Below, piece after piece: positions 18,229 through 27,865 of a stretch of 64,000 nt of DNA; position 1 is the stretch's first letter; every line of letters begins with the position of its first letter. The notes beneath the pieces are model-generated. The model saw nothing but the letters and a program-made list of their open reading frames with translations, did not search any database and had not been told where the DNA came from. Both the position numbers and the translations under genes were made by a program. Location: the sequence record MZ443783.1. The stretch is one strand, 5' to 3'.

Positions 18229-19071
18229 ATGACAGTAATCAGCCCAATCCGATATCAGGGCAATAAGCGAAGCCTTATCCCGATTATTCTTGAGCACACG
18301 CCTTCTGTGCAGGACTGCCCTCGCATGGTGGACGTGTTTGGTGGTAGTGCTACTGTTTGCGCGAACATGCCGCAGAAGTTTCGCGTCTACAATGAACTGA
18401 GTCCGCAGGTGTACGATATCGTTAAGATGTTAGTCGAACAGGACCCGAAGAAAACTCTTGGTCAGGTCAAGCGACTGGTCAAACATTGGTGTTTGACTAA
18501 CAGCAACGAAGCGAACTACGATGCGTTTCGTACCGTCGTTCAGAAGAAGCGTACGGCTATACTGCATTACGTTGCACATCGCCACGCACACTCGAACATG
18601 TTGCGCTTCAATCAACAAGGTGTGTACAACGTAGGCTTTGGTGATCGCGGTCTGATTGGTAAGTTCGATGAACTGGAACACGAACTCACTACATTCCACA
18701 AACATATGCAGGGCGTTCACCTGACGAACATGAAGTACGGTAAGTTGCTTGGACGTTTAGGCCACCAGCTTGACTGTAACACGTTCTGCTACTTCGACCC
18801 ACCTTATTTGGCAAGCGGTGCGATGCAGTATGGTAAGTGGACCGAGCAGAATGAACGCAACCTGCTTACGACTCTGGAGCAGTTGAATCGTCGCGGCGTT
18901 CCCTGGATGTTGAGCAACGTTATCGAGCACCGTGAGTTCTCCAACGACCTGTTAAAGCGCTGGTTAAAGAAACATGCGACAACCGTGCTCTATCCAAACA
19001 AAAGCTATGCGATGAACAATGGCCAGAGCGGCTCGCATGGCACGATTGAAATTCTGGCAATGAACTATTGA
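18229..19071 (+). CDS. dam: Dam-like DNA N6-adenine methyltransferase (D12 class)
   Basis: SPIRYQGNK, VDVFGGSATV, YFDPPY, WMLSN, EIL..NY; GATC specificity not established. Confidence 0.85.
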   Translation: MTVISPIRYQGNKRSLIPIILEHTPSVQDCPRMVDVFGGSATVCANMPQKFRVYNELSPQVYDIVKMLVEQDPKKTLGQVKRLVKHWCLTNSNEANYDAFRTVVQKKRTAILHYVAHRHAHSNMLRFNQQGVYNVGFGDRGLIGKFDELEHELTTFHKHMQGVHLTNMKYGKLLGRLGHQLDCNTFCYFDPPYLASGAMQYGKWTEQNERNLLTTLEQLNRRGVPWMLSNVIEHREFSNDLLKRWLKKHATTVLYPNKSYAMNNGQSGSHGTIEILAMNY

Positions 19072-19078
19072 GGCTGCT

Positions 19079-19384
19079 ATGACTCTGCGTACAAACCAAA
19101 AACTTATCTTCATCTTAAAGGCTCTAACGCGCAAGTTAGAGGAGGTCAACGCTCTCGCCTGGTCAATATCGAAAGATCCCAAAGACACTTGCGGAGCTAT
19201 TGATATGTCGGCCATATCTGACTACTCAGATGAAGGTCTGATCAAAGAAATTGAAATGCGCGCCAATCAAATCGAAGAACGTAAGCGATACATTGCGAGT
19301 CTTCATGGTGGCGCTGATGGCCACTGCCGTGCTGCGAATAATCAGGCTGATGCAATCTATCAACGTTATTGTGGGAAAAGATAA
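19079..19384 (+). CDS. hypothetical protein
   Basis: GAGG RBS. Confidence 0.6.
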   Translation: MTLRTNQKLIFILKALTRKLEEVNALAWSISKDPKDTCGAIDMSAISDYSDEGLIKEIEMRANQIEERKRYIASLHGGADGHCRAANNQADAIYQRYCGKR

Positions 19385-20088
19385 TGGAACAAGAAATGAA
19401 AGACAAGCCGCTGCATATCATCAACGGCTTCCAACTTAACGAGCACACGACGAAACTGTTTGCATACGCACTTGACCTTGTTCGTCTCGGTGCTAACATC
19501 GACGAATCGTTTTGGATAGATCGCATTGTGGCTGATGACTACAAAGCAGAAATAACCGACCTGCTGTCTATTACAGGTCCGCGCATTTCTCGTCGTCACT
19601 TTGACCTGTTCGAAACTCTGGAGACGTGTCGCCGTAACGCTCACATCATTCTTGAAGCACTGATTGATGGTATGAGCACAATCTGCACCGAACTCGAAGA
19701 AGCGTTCATGGCAGAAGATGGCGGTACGCCACTGATTCGTCGTGCCAAACAGAACATGTTCCGTAACGAAACGATTCAGTACCTGTTGCGTCCTGCGGAA
19801 GAAAAGGACATTCATAACTGTCCTACTTATCGTAAGATTGCTGCTGGTCTGTATGATGCAGAACCTGTGCTGTTAGCGATTCGCGGCAATTCGTCAGAAA
19901 CCAAATACGTGTGGAACGGTGAGTGGCGAGCATTGCTTGGCGTGTCCGAAGCCGACCGTCAGGTACACTATCGTCGTTGGTACTACAACCACGCGCTCAC
20001 TATTCATCGTCTGCGGGATATGATCACCTGCCACCTGTACACTGTGTACGCTGACCATTTCAGTCGAGGTAAAAATGCCGGGCATTAA
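19384..20088 (+). CDS. hypothetical protein
   Basis: TAATG coupling at 19384. Confidence 0.65.
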   Translation: MEQEMKDKPLHIINGFQLNEHTTKLFAYALDLVRLGANIDESFWIDRIVADDYKAEITDLLSITGPRISRRHFDLFETLETCRRNAHIILEALIDGMSTICTELEEAFMAEDGGTPLIRRAKQNMFRNETIQYLLRPAEEKDIHNCPTYRKIAAGLYDAEPVLLAIRGNSSETKYVWNGEWRALLGVSEADRQVHYRRWYYNHALTIHRLRDMITCHLYTVYADHFSRGKNAGH

Positions 20089-20551
20089 TGAACTGCGTAG
20101 TCGTCTTGCGGCTGCGCTCGATCTGGAAGTGAAGACAGCACCGACGGCTGATATCGAATACTACGTTGACTCAGACGGTCTGCCTATGGGCTTGGTGCAG
20201 GAGTGGCGTCCTGATGCTCCTGAGAAAATCATTCAGGTCATCGAACAGTATGGTCTGCGCGTTGAGCGTGTTGTCAAGCCTGGTCTACCTAAGCCTGTCG
20301 ATGCAGATAATATTCAGTGGGTGTTCAATGTCTGGTCGCGTCATCCTGTGTATCGTACTCTGTCCTCTGATGAATTTATACATCAGGGTGGTCCTCGCAT
20401 TGAAGGTGAGACTTTGACAATGGCGGTATTGACGTGGGCAGTTCTTCGAGCAGAGCGCATTAAACGGCTGAAAGCTGATCGCACTATGTCTAAGGCATAT
20501 AACTTCAATGTATTGCGGGAGCGTGTGTATGTATCTGCCGTTGGGGGATAA
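20075..20551 (+). CDS. hypothetical protein
   Basis: GAGG RBS. Confidence 0.6.
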   Translation: MPGINELRSRLAAALDLEVKTAPTADIEYYVDSDGLPMGLVQEWRPDAPEKIIQVIEQYGLRVERVVKPGLPKPVDADNIQWVFNVWSRHPVYRTLSSDEFIHQGGPRIEGETLTMAVLTWAVLRAERIKRLKADRTMSKAYNFNVLRERVYVSAVGG

Positions 20552-20939
20552 CGCCAGTGATGCAGAAGCGCGGGCGTATTATCAGAAACAACATGAACGC
20601 GCCGAAGCCACTATGCGAGAAATCTGGGCGCTGCGTGGCTGGACGATTCGCTGGGAGTGGCATAACGGTATCTGTGATGATTGTGAGTTCTTGTTCGATG
20701 AAACAGGCAAGCAGTTGTGTCCGTACCACGATGCCATTCCGCAAGAACGTGACGTATCGTACAATCTTGAGAAGCATCGCCTCAATGTGACGTACACCAA
20801 GAAATCTGTAAAATTGATTAACAAGCAAGATCCAAATCCAGTTGAAGGTAAAGCTGACACGTTACGCCAGGCTTATATCAATTGGCTGTTGGTCCTTGAG
20901 AAACAAAAAGCTGAGGAGAAAACGTGCGCTGCAATTTAA
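20529..20939 (+). CDS. hypothetical protein; start uncertain
   Basis: Packed ORF with CDDC..CPYH. Confidence 0.55.
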   Translation: MYLPLGDNASDAEARAYYQKQHERAEATMREIWALRGWTIRWEWHNGICDDCEFLFDETGKQLCPYHDAIPQERDVSYNLEKHRLNVTYTKKSVKLINKQDPNPVEGKADTLRQAYINWLLVLEKQKAEEKTCAAI

Positions 20940-21445
20940 CCGAACTACCAATGTCTGCGGAGCAGGCCGAACACATCATGGCGAGTGTGTTTACTCTGGC
21001 CGGTGCTTCTAAATCCAAGCGCCGTGCGACTGCTGCAATGCTCATTCATTTTCATGACGGCTTCCCTACTATTATCAGTAGCGGTGTCAACGGTACTATG
21101 CCCGGCGAAAGCAACGTCATGGAAACTCCTGACCTGACTCTCTCGCTCAACACTGTTATCCATGCAGAGGTGAACTGCCTCAATCGCATGGAAGAATACA
21201 GTCTGTGGGCAAACGAACAGGACATTCTGTTCTGCACTGATTCGCCGTGTCCTAACTGCTTGGCGGATCTCGAAGCCGAAGGTGTGAAGACCGTTGTGTA
21301 TGCGCGTGAGTATCGCCTGACTGATCATCTGGACGCATCTTCGATTAAGATGTTCTGTCTGGATATGAAGTCCGTTGAGCACCGTATGCTTCGCGGTATC
21401 GAGCGCATGAACGAAGTTATCGCAACAACACCAGCGTCTGAATAA
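20924..21445 (+). CDS. dCMP deaminase
   Basis: SSGVNG, VIHAEVN, TDSPCPNC, VVYAREY. Confidence 0.85.
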   Translation: MRCNLTELPMSAEQAEHIMASVFTLAGASKSKRRATAAMLIHFHDGFPTIISSGVNGTMPGESNVMETPDLTLSLNTVIHAEVNCLNRMEEYSLWANEQDILFCTDSPCPNCLADLEAEGVKTVVYAREYRLTDHLDASSIKMFCLDMKSVEHRMLRGIERMNEVIATTPASE

Positions 21446-21466
21446 GACCAATAAGAGGTACTAACC

Positions 21467-22162
21467 GTGCAAGAGAAAATCTATTATCATGGCCTGAACA
21501 ATACTCCTCTGACCAAAGCGCAGCAGGATGAAATGTTCCGTGAACTGAACAACATGCAGAATCAACGTATGCGTGAGTTTGCGCGTCTGCTGGAAAATGA
21601 TCCACGATTAGTAGCTCAAGCAACTGGCTTTCATTACGACGGCAGTATGTTCGATCTGAGTGCTCTGGAAGAACGTGTGCATCTACCACTGCATACGCTG
21701 TTCACCGAAAGAGGTCGTGACCCTATAGAGCAACTCTCGCCTACGTTCCGTCATGGTGGTACTGTTCGTGGTGTTGTGCATCGCTATCCACGAGCGTCAG
21801 ACAATCTGCCAAAGGGCGATATTCGTATTGATGCCTCGCAGATGAAACGCTGCCGCGAGAACGTGCGCCTCGATCTCAACAGCGATGACTTGTATCGTGC
21901 AATGGTGATGGGTCTGACTGGTGACCCTGTAGGTGGTAACCTTGTTACGATTGATAGCGTGGTATCTGATGATATCATCGCTGAGTTCAAAACAACGGGT
22001 GACCCGAGAGGTCCACAGGCTACTGGTCGAGCGCTGCGTGTTAAGCGTGACTCTGATTGGTCTGCTGAACGCCGTGATCGTGCTGCGACTTCTGCGCCTG
22101 TGCGTAAGAAGCTCCGTTCTAAAACACGCGCCCAGAAGAAAGCACGCCGTAAACAACGTTAA
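21467..22162 (+). CDS. hypothetical protein with a very basic C-terminus
   Basis: GTG start, AGAGG RBS. Confidence 0.6.
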   Translation: MQEKIYYHGLNNTPLTKAQQDEMFRELNNMQNQRMREFARLLENDPRLVAQATGFHYDGSMFDLSALEERVHLPLHTLFTERGRDPIEQLSPTFRHGGTVRGVVHRYPRASDNLPKGDIRIDASQMKRCRENVRLDLNSDDLYRAMVMGLTGDPVGGNLVTIDSVVSDDIIAEFKTTGDPRGPQATGRALRVKRDSDWSAERRDRAATSAPVRKKLRSKTRAQKKARRKQR

Positions 22163-22171
22163 GGAACTACT

Positions 22172-22654
22172 GTGGAACCTTTCCTGAAAGATATCAAAGA
22201 CCGTTTCGCTTCTGCATTGGGAATCGACCCTAAAGTTCTCGATGCGCCTGTGGACGAAGAATCCGCTGAACGTTTTGGTGCGTTCCTGCGTGAAGACCAG
22301 CGCAAAATCAAAGTAGGTCTTGCGCTCTGTCATCTCCAAATCCCAGATGATGTTCGTTATGACCTGCTGCATAATCATCTGGACACTACTGACCGTGTAC
22401 TGCGTGAAACGTTCGACGGTCTCGCTGCCCGACTTGTTGCTGTTAACAGCGCAGGTGGTGGCGATGAAAAACAAGCGGCGTCTGGTGCGTTTCGTCTGGC
22501 TATGCTGATGAACATTCTGGGCTTCGATGACCAAACACTGAAAGGTGTGTTAACCGACCCAAGCCTCTCTCGTCAGGCTGGTCTTATTGCAATGACTGGC
22601 CTGAACGATATGGGTCAGAAAATCCAATCGCTTTACGACGAGAAAACAAAATGA
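22172..22654 (+). CDS. hypothetical protein
   Basis: GTG start, AAGGA RBS. Confidence 0.6.
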   Translation: MEPFLKDIKDRFASALGIDPKVLDAPVDEESAERFGAFLREDQRKIKVGLALCHLQIPDDVRYDLLHNHLDTTDRVLRETFDGLAARLVAVNSAGGGDEKQAASGAFRLAMLMNILGFDDQTLKGVLTDPSLSRQAGLIAMTGLNDMGQKIQSLYDEKTK

Positions 22655-22815
22655 GCAACCCGACTAATCCATTAGCAGATTACTTCAACGCTGACGCAGT
22701 TATCCCAGGTGTAGACGATGCAGAAGATCGTGTCGAAGCTATGCGTGACGGTGGTGGCGAAGTTGTTGACGATAAAGATGCTGATGGCTGTGAAAGCGGC
22801 GCCTGCAAAATCTAA
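22651..22815 (+). CDS. 54-aa acidic peptide ending in a class Ia NrdA-type redox tail (not in the ORF track)
   Basis: Manual translation MSNPTNPLADYFNADAVIPGVDDAEDRVEAMRDGGGEVVDDKDADGCESGACKI*; ATGA overlap with the upstream stop. Confidence 0.8.
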   Translation: MSNPTNPLADYFNADAVIPGVDDAEDRVEAMRDGGGEVVDDKDADGCESGACKI

Positions 22816-22856
22816 CTCATGGGGCCTAGTGCCCCATTTCTGTTTTGGGGAATTTT

Positions 22857-23396
22857 ATGCAAACAGCATACCGTTGTAGGCATTGCAAGTATGTCCACAA
22901 TGACAAGGTAAGTAGCTGCGACTGTCAGGGCAGTAAAAAGTTTGAATACACGTTGGTGCAAATCATCGACGTGCCTGAGAACGAAGACGGTGTACCTCCG
23001 TTCAAAGATCTCAAACACTCTCGCGCTCAACGTTACGTCAACGTAAAGAACGGCACGTACGGTAACGGCATCTATGAGTTGCGTGAAGTGCGCACCAATG
23101 TAGACGGCGATGATCGCTACTGGTGGACCAACATCGGTAATATGCAGAGTGGTCTGGATCGTTCCGACCTCGGTATGAAGATGGTGGAAGCAAACATGCG
23201 AGCTAACTGTGTGCTGGCTGCTGCTGGTCCTGTTATGCTTGAGGCGCTCTACATGGCCTACCAGTATTTCCATCGTAAGCGCCTGGTGCAAGGCGATACG
23301 CCACAGACTGCTATGCGTATCTCAGTAATAGCCGATGCAATTCGTCAGGGCACAGACCTGTCTGTGTTCGACACACCTCAAGTACCTAAGGAGTGA
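22857..23396 (+). CDS. hypothetical protein with an N-terminal Zn ribbon
   Basis: CRHC..CDC; GGGA RBS. Confidence 0.6.
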   Translation: MQTAYRCRHCKYVHNDKVSSCDCQGSKKFEYTLVQIIDVPENEDGVPPFKDLKHSRAQRYVNVKNGTYGNGIYELREVRTNVDGDDRYWWTNIGNMQSGLDRSDLGMKMVEANMRANCVLAAAGPVMLEALYMAYQYFHRKRLVQGDTPQTAMRISVIADAIRQGTDLSVFDTPQVPKE

Positions 23397-23399
23397 TCG

Positions 23400-23999
23400 A
23401 TGTACCAACAACTAAAAGAGAAACTCGTTTCATACGGTCTGGCTATTCACAATCGCCGCCAGGAAAATCGTCGTCGCCTCGCCGCCATTCGTGCAATCAA
23501 AGAAGATGAAATTCGCGGCGGTCAGGTGTGGACGAGCATCGCAAATGGTGCTGACTATCAGGTCCTGTTTCTGACTAACCTGTACACTGACGGACACATT
23601 CAGGTCGTGTACTCACGCCACTGGGCATACATCTCGTCAATGCCTCTCGAAGACTTCTTCGAGCAGTTCACACATAATCGCAGCGTCGATAATACTCTGG
23701 CTAGTGCTCATGATGATCTCATGGCTATGGCACACAACATGCGAAACGACGGACGCATCCGTAAACCTGAAGAAGGTGAATACTGGACTCGTATCGATCG
23801 CATACCAGATGGCTTCGATGAAGAACGCCATCCTAAATTCCGTAGCAGCCCTGTCACTGTTGAAGTGCATGGCATAGTAGAACAAAGCCCGTCACAACCA
23901 TTCGTGTTGTTCAAGGAAGGCGGCGAGCGCAAAGTCCTGAACATGTATATGTTCTTAAACTTCTATAGCCCAGAAGGTGAAGCAAATGATGCTGTTTGA
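23400..23999 (+). CDS. DUF1653-like repeat protein
   Basis: GQVWTS..YQVLFLTN..VVYS..PLEDFFEQF plus a second similar unit. Confidence 0.6.
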   Translation: MYQQLKEKLVSYGLAIHNRRQENRRRLAAIRAIKEDEIRGGQVWTSIANGADYQVLFLTNLYTDGHIQVVYSRHWAYISSMPLEDFFEQFTHNRSVDNTLASAHDDLMAMAHNMRNDGRIRKPEEGEYWTRIDRIPDGFDEERHPKFRSSPVTVEVHGIVEQSPSQPFVLFKEGGERKVLNMYMFLNFYSPEGEANDAV

Positions 24000-24636
24000 T
24001 ATCCTGAAAGCAATACCTGCGGTAATCCTATGCTACATCATCTGGCGTTATGCCATGAACAGGGTCGAACGCGACCGTCATCTCCTTAAAGCGCAGGAGC
24101 ATTACAATCATGGGCGTCTTGATAGCGGTAACGTCTGGATTCATTTGAAGACAGGCCGTCCGTATACGGTGTTGTGTCTGACTAACACAGGCGTGAATAA
24201 ATCCAACTGGCGCAATGATTGGGAGATCAACGTTGTATATACCAACGACTTCGAACAAGTCTGGAACAGGCCTTTCAGTGAGTTCTGTCATAAGTTCACG
24301 CACGTCAGCCGTGGCCCGAATGAGGAGCACTTCACAACTACTCTGATGGGTATGCAGATGGAAGCCAACACTCGCATTCTTATTCCGCATGAAGGCGAGA
24401 TGTGGTTTGAAGGAACTATTCATGCAACACCGCCAGAGTTGGTTGCCCAAGGCCATGCGCCTCAAGTTGTGTCCCAGCGCCGCGCTCATATAGACATGGT
24501 GCTCGGTGTAGGACAAGCGCATCCTGTAGTTGTATATACTGTAAACGATAAGCAGACAGCAATGCTGCTTTCGCAGTTCATCTTCATCTACCGCAAAGAG
24601 GTTTCCTTTGATGGGACAGTCAGCTCTAGTGTTTAA
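23986..24636 (+). CDS. membrane-anchored DUF1653-like repeat protein
   Basis: N-terminal TM; WIHLKTGRPYTVLCLTN..VVY..VWNRPFSEF. Confidence 0.65.
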   Translation: MMLFDILKAIPAVILCYIIWRYAMNRVERDRHLLKAQEHYNHGRLDSGNVWIHLKTGRPYTVLCLTNTGVNKSNWRNDWEINVVYTNDFEQVWNRPFSEFCHKFTHVSRGPNEEHFTTTLMGMQMEANTRILIPHEGEMWFEGTIHATPPELVAQGHAPQVVSQRRAHIDMVLGVGQAHPVVVYTVNDKQTAMLLSQFIFIYRKEVSFDGTVSSSV

Positions 24637-24955
24637 GTACGTGATGTTCGTTCGCACTCGCACCAAAGAGCGCGACGACGGTGTTCACATGCCAGTCATC
24701 TTCCCGACTCATATCATGCACTCCGATATGGGTGAAGCTATGATCGGCTACGCTATTCAGAACGGCATGATCGAAAACAAATACTATCAGCGCATGACTG
24801 CGGTTAGTGCTGGCTTCATCGATCTGAATGACCTGCGTTGTTTCGGTGAGTCTGAATCTCTGGAACTCAAGTCTCGTGAGCAGGACAGCGAGATCATCCG
24901 TGAGTACATGAAGACTCAAGGCAAAGGCGCTCCTGTTCCTGAGGTGGAAGAATGA
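24629..24955 (+). CDS. hypothetical protein; start uncertain
   Basis: Packed ORF; IFP..IMHSDM..VSAGF. Confidence 0.6.
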   Translation: MFKYVMFVRTRTKERDDGVHMPVIFPTHIMHSDMGEAMIGYAIQNGMIENKYYQRMTAVSAGFIDLNDLRCFGESESLELKSREQDSEIIREYMKTQGKGAPVPEVEE

Positions 24956-25440
24956 GCATAGCAGGAAAAGTCGATAGCGTTAAAAACCAACGCGAGTCTG
25001 AACGTAAGGCTAAAGAAGAAACTTTCCGCGCTGCCTGTCAGGCTCTCATTCCTAAAGTCGCGTCTGATATGGACGGCTTGCTTCTGCACTTCGTTAGCGC
25101 GAACGTTAATAGTGACCGCATTGTACTCGGTACGCCAAAGTACACTATCTGCGACTACAGATTCAAGCTGACCATCACCGTTGACTTCCACGAAAACCGC
25201 GACACGCAGTTCACTGTCGAGCTGGCGCCTGATGGTCCGTTCACGCTGATCAAAGATCGTGTGCGTCAACGCCCGTGGTTCCTGCGCGACATTACGCTCA
25301 TGCCATACGAAGACGCTCTCTCCGAAATGATGTACCATGCTGTGGAGAAATCATTTGCAGGTAATGAGTGGCGCGACCGTTACGGTCCGAATCTCGGCTC
25401 AAGTGATGTAATATTCTCGCACCTGTATCTGAGGTCCTGA
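24952..25440 (+). CDS. hypothetical protein
   Basis: ATGA overlap. Confidence 0.6.
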   Translation: MSIAGKVDSVKNQRESERKAKEETFRAACQALIPKVASDMDGLLLHFVSANVNSDRIVLGTPKYTICDYRFKLTITVDFHENRDTQFTVELAPDGPFTLIKDRVRQRPWFLRDITLMPYEDALSEMMYHAVEKSFAGNEWRDRYGPNLGSSDVIFSHLYLRS

Positions 25441-25820
25441 TGAAAGAAGTCCTGTTAGCAATCTGGAACAGCCCGTTCTGGGACAAACCTGTCAGCGCAT
25501 TCGTTGTGCCTGCGTTTGTCATCACCTGGTTTATATGGACAGAGTATCGTGAGCGCCGTGAATTGCGTTTGTCTCGTGCGGTGTTTGCAACAGGCTGGGC
25601 ACCTGTGAAAGGGACAATGTACCGTCACCGCTATCTGCCTTGGCGTACCTGTCGTTTGTGCTATACTGTAAATAGTCCTAACGACAAGTTCATCCCTTCT
25701 GTCTTCATTGAAATCATAGGCGGCTCATACAAAGAATTGACCGCTCATAGTTTCTGTACATCTTACAAAGAGATTGAAAATGCCAACTCCAGTGATTCTT
25801 CTCAAGCAGCAAACTCGTGA
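25440..25820 (+). CDS. membrane-anchored hypothetical protein
   Basis: TGATG overlap; TM around residues 18-33. Confidence 0.6.
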   Translation: MKEVLLAIWNSPFWDKPVSAFVVPAFVITWFIWTEYRERRELRLSRAVFATGWAPVKGTMYRHRYLPWRTCRLCYTVNSPNDKFIPSVFIEIIGGSYKELTAHSFCTSYKEIENANSSDSSQAANS

Positions 25821-26124
25821 CCTGCTGGTAAAGATGTTCGGCCAGAACAAGCCATTCATCGTCGTGCGCCGTGACGCTATCGTGGAGAACGAAAAGCGTT
25901 TTGGTGATCGCGTTTACTTCTCTAATGGCGTTAACACCGTCACTGTGCCAAACATTCAAGGGCTTGACCTGGGTGATAAGCTCTACATTGCAGAAGACGG
26001 CGATGTGTATGAGTGGCATCCGCACTTCGAGCGCCCTTACGAAGCAGTATCGAACAACCAGACAGAAGCTCTGGCGTTTGGTCTGCATCCCATTGTCTTC
26101 CACACCGACACACGGAACAGCTAA
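25780..26124 (+). CDS. hypothetical protein
   Basis: Packed, coupled to thyA. Confidence 0.55.
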   Translation: MPTPVILLKQQTRDLLVKMFGQNKPFIVVRRDAIVENEKRFGDRVYFSNGVNTVTVPNIQGLDLGDKLYIAEDGDVYEWHPHFERPYEAVSNNQTEALAFGLHPIVFHTDTRNS

Positions 26125-27221
26125 TGTCACAACCACTTGATTTACGAAACCCGAACCACTACGAACTGTACTCTCTCCATAGCGTGGACGAGCAGTATAT
26201 CAACCTGTGCGATGCAATCATTGCTACTGGTACGCAAGAGTCCGATGCTGGTCGCACCGACGATACGTGGACGACTCTGATTGGCGTTGGCTTCCAGTTG
26301 CAGAACACGCACATTGCTTTCCCTGCGTTGCTATCCGCACGTAAGAACTGGAGCGCAGCCGTCGATGAGATGTGCTGGATGGCTCGCGGTGAAACGAACA
26401 TCAACACTCTCGGCTCTAAGATCTGGGACGAGTGGGCAGATGAAAGCGGTGAGTGCGGTCCAATCTATGGCGAGATGTGGCGCCGTTGGCCTGACATTAA
26501 AGCGTTCTTCGACTACACGCAGCCTATGGCGTCTTGCCCTACTGCCGATGTTATTCGTGTGCGTGACGAAATCCTGCGTATGCGTCAGGACGGCTATATC
26601 GAAACGCAACTGACTGACGGTCGCATCCTGTTTGAAGGTGAGATTGACCAGTTCGCTAACGCTCTGTATCACATTGAAAACCGTTCGCGTTCTCGCCGCA
26701 TTCGTGTGCAGGGTTTCAACCCAAGCTATGTGAACATGCAGGGTCTTCCTCCGTGTCACACTGAGTTTGAGTTCAACGTAACGAAGTCCACCAAGTACGA
26801 ACAGGCGCAGGCCGATGCCCGCGGTCAGACGGTAGCGCAGGACAGTCTGCATATCACTGTCACCATGCGCAGCAACGACTGCCTGCTTGGGCGTCCTTTC
26901 AACATCATCGGTTACAGTGCGATGCACCAACTGATTGCGAAGTGGGCTGGCCTGAACGTTGGCGGCTTTACGCTGAATACGACGAACACGCACCTGTACG
27001 ATCATCACCGTGAAGCATACGCCAAACAGCGTGAGCAGTGGATGACGTTGCGCGAGCGTATGCAAACAACTGGCGAGCCTGTGAAATATCCTGTGCTCGA
27101 AATCTCCGATGATGTTATCGGTCTGACAGCTAAAGAACTGCTGGACAACGTTAACATCGACTGGTTCGAGCTGGTGGACTACAGCCCGCTGCCAGCAGTA
27201 AAAGGACGTGTGACCAAATGA
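26124..27221 (+). CDS. thyA: thymidylate synthase
   Basis: EMCW, IWDEWAD, GPIYG, SRR, LPPCH, RSNDCLLGRPFNI, HLYDHH. Confidence 0.9.
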   Translation: MSQPLDLRNPNHYELYSLHSVDEQYINLCDAIIATGTQESDAGRTDDTWTTLIGVGFQLQNTHIAFPALLSARKNWSAAVDEMCWMARGETNINTLGSKIWDEWADESGECGPIYGEMWRRWPDIKAFFDYTQPMASCPTADVIRVRDEILRMRQDGYIETQLTDGRILFEGEIDQFANALYHIENRSRSRRIRVQGFNPSYVNMQGLPPCHTEFEFNVTKSTKYEQAQADARGQTVAQDSLHITVTMRSNDCLLGRPFNIIGYSAMHQLIAKWAGLNVGGFTLNTTNTHLYDHHREAYAKQREQWMTLRERMQTTGEPVKYPVLEISDDVIGLTAKELLDNVNIDWFELVDYSPLPAVKGRVTK

Positions 27222-27865
27222 AAAATTTCATGCTGATCCAACGTATCAGTTCCTACCTGTACTTAGGCTTCGCAGAGAACATCCCTGACATTCCTCGTCG
27301 CGGTGTTGAGCAGTTTGAAGTCATCATCCCAGACGGGCGTGATGGTGACAATGAGCCGATTCTTCGAATGAAGGCGCGTTGTATCTATCACCTGCCACAC
27401 AACTGTTTCCTTATCAGTGCTGTTCCAGGCACCGAGTGCGAAGAATATCCTGCCTTGATGAAGTCGCACTGTGCGCACAACATGGAATTGTTCCAGCGTT
27501 CGGAGCATGGCCGTGAGCAGATTGCAGTCAAGCAAATTCTGAATGAACTGCATGACGCCGAAGTGCAGCACCCTGACTGGCCAGAAGAATGTATTCACGC
27601 TGCATCAATCGTTACAGAAGAAGCTGGTGAGTTGCTGCGCGACTGTGCAACCTTCGAAGAAAACGGTGACGACCGCCTGATTCTTAACATGCTGGGTGAG
27701 GCCACTCAGGTCGGTGCAATGGCCGTTCGCTTCATGAAGAACCTGCCGTTCAGCCAAAAGCGTACTATCCCAAACAAAGCGTTGCGCTCAATCCTTGACT
27801 CTGACATGACACCAGAGCAACAACTGATTGAAGTGCGTCGTCTAATGAATGACGGAGTTCGTTAA
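27218..27865 (+). CDS. MazG-like NTP pyrophosphohydrolase domain protein
   Basis: C-terminal half ASIVTEEAGELL..GEATQVGAMAVRF. Confidence 0.6.
   Translation: MKNFMLIQRISSYLYLGFAENIPDIPRRGVEQFEVIIPDGRDGDNEPILRMKARCIYHLPHNCFLISAVPGTECEEYPALMKSHCAHNMELFQRSEHGREQIAVKQILNELHDAEVQHPDWPEECIHAASIVTEEAGELLRDCATFEENGDDRLILNMLGEATQVGAMAVRFMKNLPFSQKRTIPNKALRSILDSDMTPEQQLIEVRRLMNDGVR

Noticed and set aside
26124-27221. ThyA homologue as a dCMP hydroxymethylase or other modified-base synthase
   Set aside because: It retains PFN (the Asn177 equivalent that specifies dUMP), where dCMP hydroxymethylases have Asp. It is best read as ordinary dTMP synthase.
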